Shown in pieces: positions 1 through 9,111 of a stretch of DNA of 51,305 nucleotides. The DNA lies in assembly GCA_045643965.1 (NCBI GenBank), contig JAZRGB010000065.1:1-51305 (forward strand). The letters run 5' to 3'. Under the pieces are notes generated by a model that was not told the origin of the DNA, did no database searches, and saw nothing but the letters and a program-made list of their open reading frames with translations. Made by a program: the position numbers and the translations under genes. Origin of the DNA: Candidatus Enterousia sp. (GTDB lineage Bacteria; Pseudomonadota; Alphaproteobacteria; Rs-D84). Every line of letters begins with the position of its first letter. Position 1 is the stretch's first letter.

Positions 1-1
1 T

Positions 2-163
2 ATCGCCGTACAATCTGTTTATCGCAGAAAAGAAAAATAAAAATACAACTTGCAGAATATAAAATATCCAATTACTACGTTTATTTAACATTACCAAGAA
101 ACCCTGTAACAAACCTGATATCGTGGCAAAAATTTCTAAAACAAAACTAATATTTTGCATCAT
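2..163 (-). CDS. pnuC: PnuC-family nicotinamide riboside transporter, N-terminal part (runs off the window start)
   Basis: Manual translation from ATG 163: MMQNISFVLEIFATISGLLQGFLVMLNKRSNWIFYILQVVFLFFFSAINRLYGD, matching the PnuC N-terminal pattern (LE..A...G......L.....NW.......LYxD); SD AGGGA upstream; not in the ORF track. Confidence 0.75.
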   Translation of the reverse strand, partial: MMQNISFVLEIFATISGLLQGFLVMLNKRSNWIFYILQVVFLFFFSAINRLYGD

Positions 164-180
164 CTTCCCTAACAATACAC

Positions 181-201
181 TTATAGTGTATTATACCATA
201 A
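181..201. promoter_or_regulatory. Probable NrtR operator overlapping the pnuC promoter
   Basis: Imperfect palindrome TTATAGT-GTATTAT-ACCATAA with the GT-N7-AC core of NrtR boxes; overlaps the -10 of minus-strand TTGACT(213-208)-17-TACACT(190-185); upstream of an NAD-salvage transporter. Confidence 0.6.
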
Positions 202-286
202 GCGTAAAGTCAAGACTTTTTTTATTTTTTTACTTCAGAAAAAAACACAGTAATAATATACAGTTAAACTTAAACACGCAGATTTT

Positions 287-1483
287 TTATACTTCAAAAT
301 TATAATTTTTAACAGAACGGACGATGGCGTTTACAATCTTGTCCTGGTGTGCGTCGGTTTTTAATAATTTTTCTTCTGATGAATTGGACAAGTGCCCTAT
401 TTCCAACAATGCCCCAGGTACCGTGGAACGCAATACTGCAAATGGTGCATGACGAACATCCGGTCCAGGTTGTTGTGTAATCGATGCCTTTTTAAACGAT
501 TTTGCACAGCCCGTAGCGTATTCTTCACTCATTTCAGCAACTGCATGCTGTTGTAATGACGACAATGCAATACGAATATTTTCTTCGAATTCTGTAAATC
601 CTTCGACCCCGATTTTATCGGCAGCATTTTCAGCATCTGCTAATTTTTTTGCTTCTTCGTCAGATGCTTTTTCAGACAATGTATAAATCGAGAACCCCTT
701 CATTTCACGCTTTGGATTTGCATTAGCATGTAACGAAATAAACAAATCTGCTTTCTTTTTTTCTGCGATTGATGCACGTTCTGCCAATTTCAGATATGTA
801 TCACCGCTGCGTGTCATATATGTCTTGAAACCGTTTGTATCCAATTTAGACTTTAATTTCTTTGCAACAGACAAAACAATATCTTTTTCACGTGTACCAC
901 CACGACCGATACAGCCCGGGTCCTTGCCCCCGTGGCCAGCATCAATCACAATAACATATTTACGTGCCGCTGTTATCGCAGTTGTTGGCACTGCAGACGC
1001 AGTCGTATATTCAGGAACAGTACCGTATTCAGATGCTGCACTTTTCTTTTGAACAGACGGTGTACCAGGTGCAAAATCCAATACTAAACGATAATCACTG
1101 TCACCATTTGGTGATAGTATCATTATATTATTTTTTGGAATTTCTGATATCGCACTACGTAAATTAACAACAATTTGTAGCGTATCACCATTTTGCGTTT
1201 GTGTAATAGCAGAAACCAATGCCCCAGACGCCAACTTTGGCGATATGGAATTATTTGCAGATGTATTAGACAAATTAATAATCAACTGATTTGTTGGATA
1301 CGACAAACTGTACGACGGACGATTTGCAGTTTCAATCACAAGACGCGTTTTATTGTTTGGCTGAACCCCTGTACGCAAAGACTGTAATGAATTACGTGCA
1401 GCAAACGCAACACGTGGCAATAATGACATTGCCAACGCAGAAAAACCAGTAATTTTTAATGCGTCACGTCTGTTGAATTTCAT
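287..1483 (-). CDS. amiC: N-acetylmuramoyl-L-alanine amidase (AMIN + Amidase_3), Tat-exported
   Basis: IDAGHGGKDPG, FISLHANA and LLEIGHLSN motifs; twin-arginine signal MKFNRRDALK defines the start at 1483. Confidence 0.92.
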   Translation of the reverse strand: MKFNRRDALKITGFSALAMSLLPRVAFAARNSLQSLRTGVQPNNKTRLVIETANRPSYSLSYPTNQLIINLSNTSANNSISPKLASGALVSAITQTQNGDTLQIVVNLRSAISEIPKNNIMILSPNGDSDYRLVLDFAPGTPSVQKKSAASEYGTVPEYTTASAVPTTAITAARKYVIVIDAGHGGKDPGCIGRGGTREKDIVLSVAKKLKSKLDTNGFKTYMTRSGDTYLKLAERASIAEKKKADLFISLHANANPKREMKGFSIYTLSEKASDEEAKKLADAENAADKIGVEGFTEFEENIRIALSSLQQHAVAEMSEEYATGCAKSFKKASITQQPGPDVRHAPFAVLRSTVPGALLEIGHLSNSSEEKLLKTDAHQDKIVNAIVRSVKNYNFEV

Positions 1484-1490
1484 ACCGATT

Positions 1491-1519
1491 ATTATATCAA
1501 AAAATGCACCTGCGTTCAA
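1491..1519 (-). promoter_or_regulatory. sigma70 promoter of amiC (leaderless geometry)
   Basis: TTGAAC-17-TATAAT, then 7 nt to the ATG; no SD. Confidence 0.7.
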
Positions 1520-1535
1520 GTGCATTTCAGGAAAG

Positions 1536-1556
1536 AAAACCGCCATCTGGCGGTTT
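1536..1556. terminator. Intrinsic terminator hairpin
   Basis: AAACCGCC-ATCT-GGCGGTTT just downstream of the 1560..2801 stop. Confidence 0.75.
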
Positions 1557-1559
1557 ATT

Positions 1560-2801
1560 TTATTTGTTTACACAATTAGCAAACGACTGTGCGACCAACG
1601 ATTGTTCTTGCTGTGTCATTTGTGCAACCGGCACAACATAACATCTGGCACTGTCACGCAAAATAAATACTTTTGTACCACGCGTATATGCACGTTGCAT
1701 ATCGTCCATTTGTGCACTGGTTAAAAACGCATTTTGTGTTGTAGATGCATTACTTAAACCAGCCATAACAACCTGATACGCATCGTTTGCATTATAAACT
1801 TCGGATCTGGATGTCAATTCCATCCAAATAGATTGATTTTCATATGGATTTGGGGCGTTTTGATTTGTCGTTGGGAACGCAGTACCAATTGCAATCGCAG
1901 CCACAGTTTGTAATGTCGAAGGTTCATTTGACACACTGTGTGCAACAGTATTCAACTGCAAGTTATCACCACATGCCAAATTCATACGATTTGTATAACC
2001 TGCCAGCACAGCATCAACAGCAGCCTGCCAATCAGCACCTTTGTTATTCATGTCCAGATTAACAATCTTTTCTGCCCATCCCCAAATATTAGCACCGACA
2101 TTACCAGCATTAGAGAAACGAGTTACCATTTCTGCACTGCCACCAGGAACACCAGCACCACAATAATCTGTTAACTGTGTTGTTAACATACTGCTGGTTT
2201 CATTACCATACGCCAACGCAACAGAATGACACGCCATCGCCGCTTCCAGTTCTTGACGTCGTTGCAAACACAAATCAGAGTGAGATTTTGACAACTGTTC
2301 TGCCATATTTGCCATCGACAGATAAGACATCAATTCTTGCTGAACATATGATGGGCACAGACGTGCAGCAGTATTCATACCACCCATGCCATTACGAGTA
2401 TTGGCACCATACTGTGGCAACAAGACTTCTGTATCTTTCTGCAAACACAGCAATGCATAGTTGTACAATTCGCTTTCTGTTGCATATTTACATTTTGATG
2501 TTGTCTGTCCTGGGACAACCGTAACATCACCACAATATTCAGACAAACATGCAAAAATCTTTTCACGACACGCCGTATCAACATCGGGCTGAGTCACCAT
2601 ATAGTAAGTATTGCGTTGGTTTGTTTTATAAGCATTTGCAAGCCCTGCATTACCACGCAACCCATTAGTTGTTGTAGGTGTTTGAATCACAATACCACGT
2701 GCAGCATCCGCACCACCAACAGTACCAGCAGTCAGTGCATCAGCAGTATTTCCAACAAAACACGCACCAATCAGTCCAAAAACATACAGAAATTTATTCA
2801 T
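1560..2801 (-). CDS. Secreted cysteine-rich hypothetical protein (413 aa)
   Basis: Long ORF with N-terminal signal peptide, SD GAGGGA and many spaced Cys; no family recognised. Confidence 0.8.
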   Translation of the reverse strand: MNKFLYVFGLIGACFVGNTADALTAGTVGGADAARGIVIQTPTTTNGLRGNAGLANAYKTNQRNTYYMVTQPDVDTACREKIFACLSEYCGDVTVVPGQTTSKCKYATESELYNYALLCLQKDTEVLLPQYGANTRNGMGGMNTAARLCPSYVQQELMSYLSMANMAEQLSKSHSDLCLQRRQELEAAMACHSVALAYGNETSSMLTTQLTDYCGAGVPGGSAEMVTRFSNAGNVGANIWGWAEKIVNLDMNNKGADWQAAVDAVLAGYTNRMNLACGDNLQLNTVAHSVSNEPSTLQTVAAIAIGTAFPTTNQNAPNPYENQSIWMELTSRSEVYNANDAYQVVMAGLSNASTTQNAFLTSAQMDDMQRAYTRGTKVFILRDSARCYVVPVAQMTQQEQSLVAQSFANCVNK

Positions 2802-2895
2802 TAAAATCCCTCTCGTTATGATGATTTTATCATATTAACAAACAAAAGGCAAACATTCATTTGATTTAATAAAATAAACTGATATTATACTTAAC

Positions 2896-3967
2896 ATGGT
2901 TATAACAAGTGAATTTTTACAACAAATCTTTGACGACATTTCTGCCGTCAGGGGGTTTCTTTGACCCTGAAAAATTAAAATCACAGATTTCACAACTGGA
3001 CGAACAGGTAAACGCCCCTGATTTATGGGACAACCCAGATGTTGCACGTGGGATTTTACAAAAAAAATCATCACTTGAAAAAACACTAAACGAACTGATG
3101 TCGTTGGAATCAGAATATAAAAACCTGTCAGAATTGTTCGAGATTGCACCAGAAGACCCTGAAATAACTGATGCAATTGAAAAACTGGCTGAAAACGCAC
3201 ATCGTGCTAAATTTATCACATTATTTCGAGAACCTGCCGATAACGACGGTGCCTTTTTGTTTATCCAAGCGGGTGCAGGCGGAACCGAAGCCCAAGATTG
3301 GGCACAAATGATGTCACGTATGTACACCAGATGGGCGGAACGCCATGGTTTTTCTGTCGAAGTTATCGAAGAACACGAAGGCGACACAGCAGGTATAAAA
3401 AATATTACTTTTCAAATATCTGGCGAACGTGCATATGGTTGGCTGAAAAATGAAATTGGTGTTCACAGACTGGTTCGCATATCACCTTTTAACGCCAACG
3501 GTAAACGCCAAACCAGTTTTGCATCTGTTGATGTATGGCCAGATATTGACGACGCAATTGAAATCGAAATTAATGAAAAAGACCTGCGTATTGATACATA
3601 TCGTGCATCTGGTGCAGGTGGTCAACACGTTAACAAGACAGACAGTGCCGTTCGTATAACACACATACCAACAAATACTGTCGTAACATGCCAAAACGAA
3701 CGCAGCCAGATACAAAACCGCGAAATGGCAATGAAAATGCTACGCAGTAAATTGTACGAATTGGAAATGCAAAAACGTGCCGAGGCTGAAGATGCCGCAA
3801 AGGCGGCCCAGAAAAAGATTGAATGGGGCAGTCAAATCAGAAATTATGTATTATACCCATATCAACTGGTCAAAGACGTTCGTACAAACGTTGAAAAAAC
3901 AGATTCAGACGCTGTACTGGATGGCGATCTGGACGATTTTATGCTGGCTTCGTTACAACAAGGCTAA
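2896..3967 (+). CDS. prfB: Peptide chain release factor 2, with programmed +1 frameshift
   Basis: ATG 2896 reads MVITSEFLQQIFDDISAVRGFL then TGA (2962); +1 frame continues DPEKLK...; SPF anticodon-mimic and GGQ motifs. Confidence 0.95.
2950..2965 (+). promoter_or_regulatory. RF2 autoregulatory frameshift cassette
   Basis: AGGGGG-TTT-CTT-TGA-C: internal SD, 3-nt spacer and slippery CUU-UGA-C, the canonical prfB motif. Confidence 0.95.
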
Positions 3968-4011
3968 TCTTTACTTGACTTTTAAAATTGTTGACACTAC
4001 AGTATTTTGTC

Positions 4012-4818
4012 ATGAATAATATACCCTCATCTTTTCGTACAGCAATTTTAGCCAAATACCCCAACGCAAGAAATTTGCGAACTCCTGGTATTTGTGGGTC
4101 TAAGAAAAATGTTGTTTTTGCAGACATCGACAATAAAACACTGGTGTTTAAATTCAGCAACCCAAATACTATTAAAAAGAATTTTGCCGTCAGTCAGATT
4201 TATCGCAACGCTGATATCCCTGCCCCACATATAACAATGGGACAATACAAAGATATATTTTTCGAAGAATACGAAATTTTGAACGTGAAAACTTTATTCG
4301 AAGCAATAAACGACGGAATGTCCGCAGATAAAATCAAACAGGTATATCGTGAAATTTTACACAATATTGCCAAGATGCAGAAACTGCAACCACAGTTACT
4401 TGAAAAACATCAACATAAACACGTACACACAATTACAAACGAACAAGTAACCAATGTTAACAATGCTGTTCTGGGCAAGATATGCACAGCATTGGTATAT
4501 ATGGCAAATTATGGCAACCCAAAAGATATTGCAATATTTCATTCTGACATAACACCCAAAAATACAGTTGTTTCAACAGACGGACATCTGGTTGGTTTCT
4601 TGGATTTGGATTCTGCAGCAATTTCAAATATCAATTATGCTTTTGGAACAATGGCTGCAAAATATCAACAATTAGGGTTTAATATATCAGAATTATACGA
4701 TTACTTTGAAGGTATCAGTGACACAAAATTAAACCGCACACGAATTAACGCACTTGCAAACATAAACAATATCGCCAAGAAGATGTTGTGGCAACATTCG
4801 CAATCAAAACACAAATAA
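4012..4818 (+). CDS. APH/choline-kinase-like phosphotransferase
   Basis: HSDITPKNTVV (HxDxxxxN) and LDLDS motifs; VFKF lysine strand; start trimmed to ATG 4012. Confidence 0.75.
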   Translation: MNNIPSSFRTAILAKYPNARNLRTPGICGSKKNVVFADIDNKTLVFKFSNPNTIKKNFAVSQIYRNADIPAPHITMGQYKDIFFEEYEILNVKTLFEAINDGMSADKIKQVYREILHNIAKMQKLQPQLLEKHQHKHVHTITNEQVTNVNNAVLGKICTALVYMANYGNPKDIAIFHSDITPKNTVVSTDGHLVGFLDLDSAAISNINYAFGTMAAKYQQLGFNISELYDYFEGISDTKLNRTRINALANINNIAKKMLWQHSQSKHK

Positions 4819-4823
4819 CCTGT

Positions 4824-5609
4824 ATGAGCAAACACGACGATAATTTTTATCACGCTATTATAAAACGCACCTTTCCGGATGCACATAACATTCGTAAACC
4901 ACACGTTTTGGGATGGGTTGCACCTGCCATATATATCGTTGACACACAAGACCAAACAATAATATGCAAATTTAATCAACAAGAAATAATCCTGCACAAC
5001 AAGCATATCAGCGACTTATTAACAGCACACAACATCGACGTTCCAAAAACAACTGCACATAATTTATTTGGCACATGGTTTGAAACATATCAATACAACC
5101 CTGAAAAAACACTGCACGAATTAATCGAAAACGGGATTTCTGACGAGCATATTTTTATCGCATATAAAAAAGCATTAGAAATCCAACAGAAAATATCACA
5201 AATCAACATATCTGATTTATCAATTCCGCACTGTCCAAGATTCTTTGACATTGTAAATTGTTGTAAAACAACATCTTTATACAGAAAAATATTTTATCTG
5301 TCTTCGTTGTTCGGCAAACAACACCTGTTACACAACGACATATACCCAAGAAACATTTTATATTCGCCAGAAACACACGAAGTACATTTGATCGACTTGG
5401 ATTCTATCGCCATCAGCAATATGGGCGTACAAGCGATAAGTTTCTTTCGCAATTATCCATGTCAAGACACAGAAAAATTAATGCAAGAATACCAACACTT
5501 AACAGGCCATAAACCTAACCATAAAATATTATGGTGTGCCGACAAAATATTACACGCACCAGGTGCCATCAAACGCAAAATCAAAGACATAATTGACCGG
5601 TGCAAATAG
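4824..5609 (+). CDS. APH/choline-kinase-like phosphotransferase (paralog of the upstream gene)
   Basis: HNDIYPRNILY and IDLDSIAISN; shares KTLxE.I..G.S and LDSxAISN with 4012..4818. Confidence 0.75.
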   Translation: MSKHDDNFYHAIIKRTFPDAHNIRKPHVLGWVAPAIYIVDTQDQTIICKFNQQEIILHNKHISDLLTAHNIDVPKTTAHNLFGTWFETYQYNPEKTLHELIENGISDEHIFIAYKKALEIQQKISQINISDLSIPHCPRFFDIVNCCKTTSLYRKIFYLSSLFGKQHLLHNDIYPRNILYSPETHEVHLIDLDSIAISNMGVQAISFFRNYPCQDTEKLMQEYQHLTGHKPNHKILWCADKILHAPGAIKRKIKDIIDRCK

Positions 5610-5660
5610 CCATTTGCCTATCTTGCAATTTCACATAAATATTATATAATATAAGGTGCA

Positions 5661-5737
5661 GTGCCCATAGCAGAACTGGATAATGCGTCACCCTCCGAAG
5701 GTGAAGATTGTGGGTTCGAATCCCGCTGGGCACGCCA
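5661..5737 (+). tRNA. tRNA-Arg(CCG)
   Basis: Acceptor GTGCCCA/TGGGCAC, anticodon arm TCACC-CTCCGAA-GGTGA, GGTTCGAATCC T-arm, encoded CCA. Confidence 0.95.
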
Positions 5738-5742
5738 TTTTT

Positions 5743-6603
5743 TTAATATCTTAATTTTAAAATCGGTATAAAATCAAACAAATAAACATAGTTGTTTTTT
5801 ATTTTATATATTGGAACAATACCAAACAAACGAACACGATTCACATGTCTATATCGATATAAAAAACCAAGGATTTCTCTTTGAAGAACAAAAGCATTTA
5901 TCTCTGGATACTTTAATTTACAATAATCTGACAACTGTGCGTGTTTGTCTGCACTCGATAAATTTCTTGATCCCTGTTCTGCTGTCCTTATTCTGTACCG
6001 ATATAGACATTCTGGTATTCTATATACTCTTTTTTTTAAGTTATATACAAAATTCAACCACAAATCATAATCTTCTAAACCTTCATTAAAATTACTATCA
6101 TAACCACCACCAGGCAACTGCAAAAAATCACTTTTCTTAAATAACGCAGAATTAATAATACAATTCTGTACTGCGAAGTTTGCTATCGTAGGTGCGGGTA
6201 ATTCCAATATACCACATCTAGCACCAAACATAGCCGCATCGCAAGACACAATATCACCAAGTCCACATTGGATCGCACTGTATAATTTCTGTAACGTTTC
6301 TGGTAAAATAATATCATCACTATCCAACGGATAAATATATTCTCCTTGTGACTTACTGATTGCTTTGTTTTTAGTTGCAACGCAACCAATGTTACTATGA
6401 TTTTTAAAAATTTTTATTCTCGAATCTTTCTTGGCATATTTTTCCAAAATAAGATATGAATTATCTGTACTACCATCATCAATACAAATCACTTCAAAAT
6501 CTGCAAACGTTTGATTTAAAACAGAATCTAAACATTCTTGCAAATATTGTTCTGTATTATACACTGGAATTATTATGGATATTTTTGGTTGATTTTGTTT
6601 CAT
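5743..6603 (-). CDS. Glycosyltransferase family 2
   Basis: ISIIIPVYN, IDDGSTD, LDSDD and EDYDLW motifs; SD AGGAG before ATG 6603. Confidence 0.92.
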   Translation of the reverse strand: MKQNQPKISIIIPVYNTEQYLQECLDSVLNQTFADFEVICIDDGSTDNSYLILEKYAKKDSRIKIFKNHSNIGCVATKNKAISKSQGEYIYPLDSDDIILPETLQKLYSAIQCGLGDIVSCDAAMFGARCGILELPAPTIANFAVQNCIINSALFKKSDFLQLPGGGYDSNFNEGLEDYDLWLNFVYNLKKRVYRIPECLYRYRIRTAEQGSRNLSSADKHAQLSDYCKLKYPEINAFVLQREILGFLYRYRHVNRVRLFGIVPIYKIKNNYVYLFDFIPILKLRY

Positions 6604-6604
6604 A

Positions 6605-7777
6605 TCAAATCTCCTGTAATACATCTTTGACAGTTTGTAACTCTTTATACCCATATCTAGTTGTAGGCTCTAAAATTGCACCTTCCCCCCACTCATTCCA
6701 AGCATTAATGTACACATATCTTTTTTTTGCATTATGTTTCTTTATAGTCCAATTTACAATCCCAGATAACCATTGTTTAAAATCACCATCTTTCAAACAA
6801 TACATTTCAGCTTCACTGTACAGTTTTCTGGCCGAATTATCCCATCCAGGACATGCACATTTATATAAATCATAATCTACATCAAACAGATACAATTGAC
6901 GTTTTATAAACTTATGCAAATCATATAACGTCAACTTCATTTTTTTTGACAATGTTCTTGCTGATTTTTTTTTCAGTTTTTTTTGCAAATTAGCCGGGAA
7001 AAATTCTGTCAATCCATTTAATTTATATTGTTGCAAAAAGTTGTTGTCTTTAACAAAATCAAACACCGTCGTTAAATACATTCCGTCAAAACCATTTTCT
7101 TGTGCTAATCTATTTAACGTATCGACAAACTGAACAAACAAATCTTGCCCCATATCTTCTGGATGATAAATCATCAACATTGGTTTATTGTCTATTTTCT
7201 CATACCTTTCATCTTTTAAATAAGGCAGCATGTCATAGAAGAATTGCTCAAACTTTTCCGGGCTATATTTTTGTTCTAATATTATTTCTTTATTTCCGCC
7301 ATGCCATCTACGTGACCATGTTTCATTAGCCCAAAAGAAATGAAAATGAAACTCTATATCAGACTTTAAAAAATACTCCAATGGTTTTTCTAAAATTCTC
7401 TTACCATCAAACCAATAATAATAAAAACAGAAACCATACACTCCATACTTTTTTGCAATTTCTACTTGCCTTTCAATAACCCCAGGCATAAGCAAATTAT
7501 AGAACCCCATATCGTATGGTAACTTTGGCTGATAATGTCCTGCAAATGCCGGGACACAGGAAGCCACATTATCCCACTCAGTAAATCCTTTGCCATGATT
7601 TTTGTCATTTTCTGGCACAGCATGAAACTGAGACAAATAATAAGCAAACACTTTTATATTTTTTGCAACACTTTGGCACTTTTCATCCGTAATTGCTACA
7701 AAATGACTTTTGTCGTTTTTTAAATCATCACGCCACCTTATGTATCGTGATAATGAAATATTTTTGATTACACACAT
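6605..7777 (-). CDS. WbsX-like glycosyltransferase / GH99-like domain protein
   Basis: YYLSQFHAVPEND..GKGFTEW, FCFYYYWF, WANETW, PGWDN and INAWNEWGEG motifs; SD AAGGAG before ATG 7777. Confidence 0.88.
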   Translation of the reverse strand: MCVIKNISLSRYIRWRDDLKNDKSHFVAITDEKCQSVAKNIKVFAYYLSQFHAVPENDKNHGKGFTEWDNVASCVPAFAGHYQPKLPYDMGFYNLLMPGVIERQVEIAKKYGVYGFCFYYYWFDGKRILEKPLEYFLKSDIEFHFHFFWANETWSRRWHGGNKEIILEQKYSPEKFEQFFYDMLPYLKDERYEKIDNKPMLMIYHPEDMGQDLFVQFVDTLNRLAQENGFDGMYLTTVFDFVKDNNFLQQYKLNGLTEFFPANLQKKLKKKSARTLSKKMKLTLYDLHKFIKRQLYLFDVDYDLYKCACPGWDNSARKLYSEAEMYCLKDGDFKQWLSGIVNWTIKKHNAKKRYVYINAWNEWGEGAILEPTTRYGYKELQTVKDVLQEI

Positions 7778-7792
7778 ACTTTTCTCCTTAAG

Positions 7793-7817
7793 AAAAAACC
7801 ACCAAATCCTTGGTGGT
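7793..7817 (-). terminator. Leader terminator immediately before the WbsX SD
   Basis: Minus strand ACCACCAA-GGAT-TTGGTGGT followed by a U-tract. Confidence 0.7.
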
Positions 7818-7900
7818 CGGGAAGTTAAGACAATCATATACGCAAAATGATCCCACTGGCTTTCGGTTTATGCCTGTTGTATGACCAGCGGCTTCCCGAC
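7816..7900 (-). ncRNA. Putative C4/CI-like antisense RNA (multi-stem)
   Basis: Closing stem GTCGGGAAG/CTTCCCGAC, inner stems CCGCTGG/CCAGTGG and ATCAT/ATGAT; exposed UGCGUA and UGUCUUA are complementary to upstream TACGCA and TAAGACA in the same leader. Confidence 0.55.
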
Positions 7901-7912
7901 ATATTTATCGAG

Positions 7913-7968
7913 AAACAAAAAGGCGCAATCGCGCCGCACTATATTTGCGGATTACGACGCATTGCGCC
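7913..7968 (-). terminator. First leader terminator / attenuator hairpin
   Basis: GGCGCAAT...ATTGCGCC stem with inner CCGCA/TGCGG stem, followed by TTTTTGTTT on the minus strand. Confidence 0.6.
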
Positions 7969-8028
7969 GTGCGTACAAAGGATGTCTTACGTCCCCGAAC
8001 TCTATCCCTAGGGTTCTAATAAAAACAT

Positions 8029-8057
8029 ATCGTATATTACCGTATTTTTCAAGGCAA
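8029..8057 (-). promoter_or_regulatory. sigma70 promoter of the structured leader / WbsX-GT2 operon
   Basis: TTGCCT-17-TACGAT. Confidence 0.6.
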
Positions 8058-8122
8058 TTTTTGTTACCCATCAATAAAAACACCTAAAATATAAACGAAT
8101 TTGTTTATAATGCAACTATACA

Positions 8123-8950
8123 TCAGTACTTATAAGGAAAAACTCGTATAAGTTCTTTGCAAATCTCTTGTACTTTATTTTGTGACACCTTGTAATTATC
8201 ACTAATAAATTTCGTATCTGTGATTTTTGTATCTTGCGTCATAAGTATCTTATCTGGCAAGTCCATATCTAAGGCAGAATAATAATCACGAAATTTGTAA
8301 TCCCCACCCGTAATTTTATCCGACAAAACCATTCTCACATTTGGAATACCAAAAGAATCTGCCACTATCAACCCATGCATCGCACTAGATATTACATGCT
8401 TACATTGTGCTATTTGCAACAACGTCTGTTCTACAGGAGCAGTAACATCAATAACAATTGAATTTGCAACTTGTATATTTTTTAACAATGGATTATTTGC
8501 ATCAACATAATGTGGAATTATTCCTAATTCGTATTTCTTTTCTATTTTTGACACATCTAACAGTTTGGAAGCCAGCAATCCAGGATCTCCTAATACAACA
8601 TTCGATAAATTATTTCCTGTATATTTTTGTAATCTGTTCAAACTAAGCTTTCCACGAACTGCACATACGTCCAATCTTCGTATCATAAAACCATCATCTG
8701 CTAAATTATCGTCAATAAAACCACTGCCCCATACCTTTACTGGCCTCTTAAATATTTTTAAAATCCATCTTCCTAATGACAACTTGTTTTTTTGCAAACT
8801 ACCAAGAACACTGCCCACCGCCATACAATCTGCTTTTGAAGCTTTACTTCGCTTAACAGGCACACCAAAAAATTCATTGAACAACAAAGGATTTAAAACA
8901 TCGCCTAAATTATATATCGCTCTGTACCAGTAAAGCCTTATTCTTCTCAT
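8123..8950 (-). CDS. Polysaccharide pyruvyl transferase family protein
   Basis: NLGD, VWGSG, AVRG, GDPGLL, IIPHYVD and SSAMHGLIVADSFGIP motifs. Confidence 0.88.
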   Translation of the reverse strand: MRRIRLYWYRAIYNLGDVLNPLLFNEFFGVPVKRSKASKADCMAVGSVLGSLQKNKLSLGRWILKIFKRPVKVWGSGFIDDNLADDGFMIRRLDVCAVRGKLSLNRLQKYTGNNLSNVVLGDPGLLASKLLDVSKIEKKYELGIIPHYVDANNPLLKNIQVANSIVIDVTAPVEQTLLQIAQCKHVISSAMHGLIVADSFGIPNVRMVLSDKITGGDYKFRDYYSALDMDLPDKILMTQDTKITDTKFISDNYKVSQNKVQEICKELIRVFPYKY

Positions 8951-9111
8951 ATCTTAACTCTTTGTTATATATTCAATAAATATGTGTTATATTATGTTAT
9001 AACACAAAATACCAGCACATAAAACAAAAAACTTACACGCCCCTATTATGGATAATAATTCTTGAAAAGAATAAACCAATTAAATACACTAACTGTTAAA
9101 AGAGCATATTC

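Noticed and set aside
2909-2964. prfB as a pseudogene or starting at GTG 2909
   Set aside because: The in-frame TGA sits in the canonical programmed frameshift motif; the real start is ATG 2896. Well known, so not a novel finding.
9036-9042. CACGCC as an attR copy of the tRNA-Arg 3' end bounding the glycan islet
   Set aside because: Only a 6-bp match and no integrase; expected by chance.
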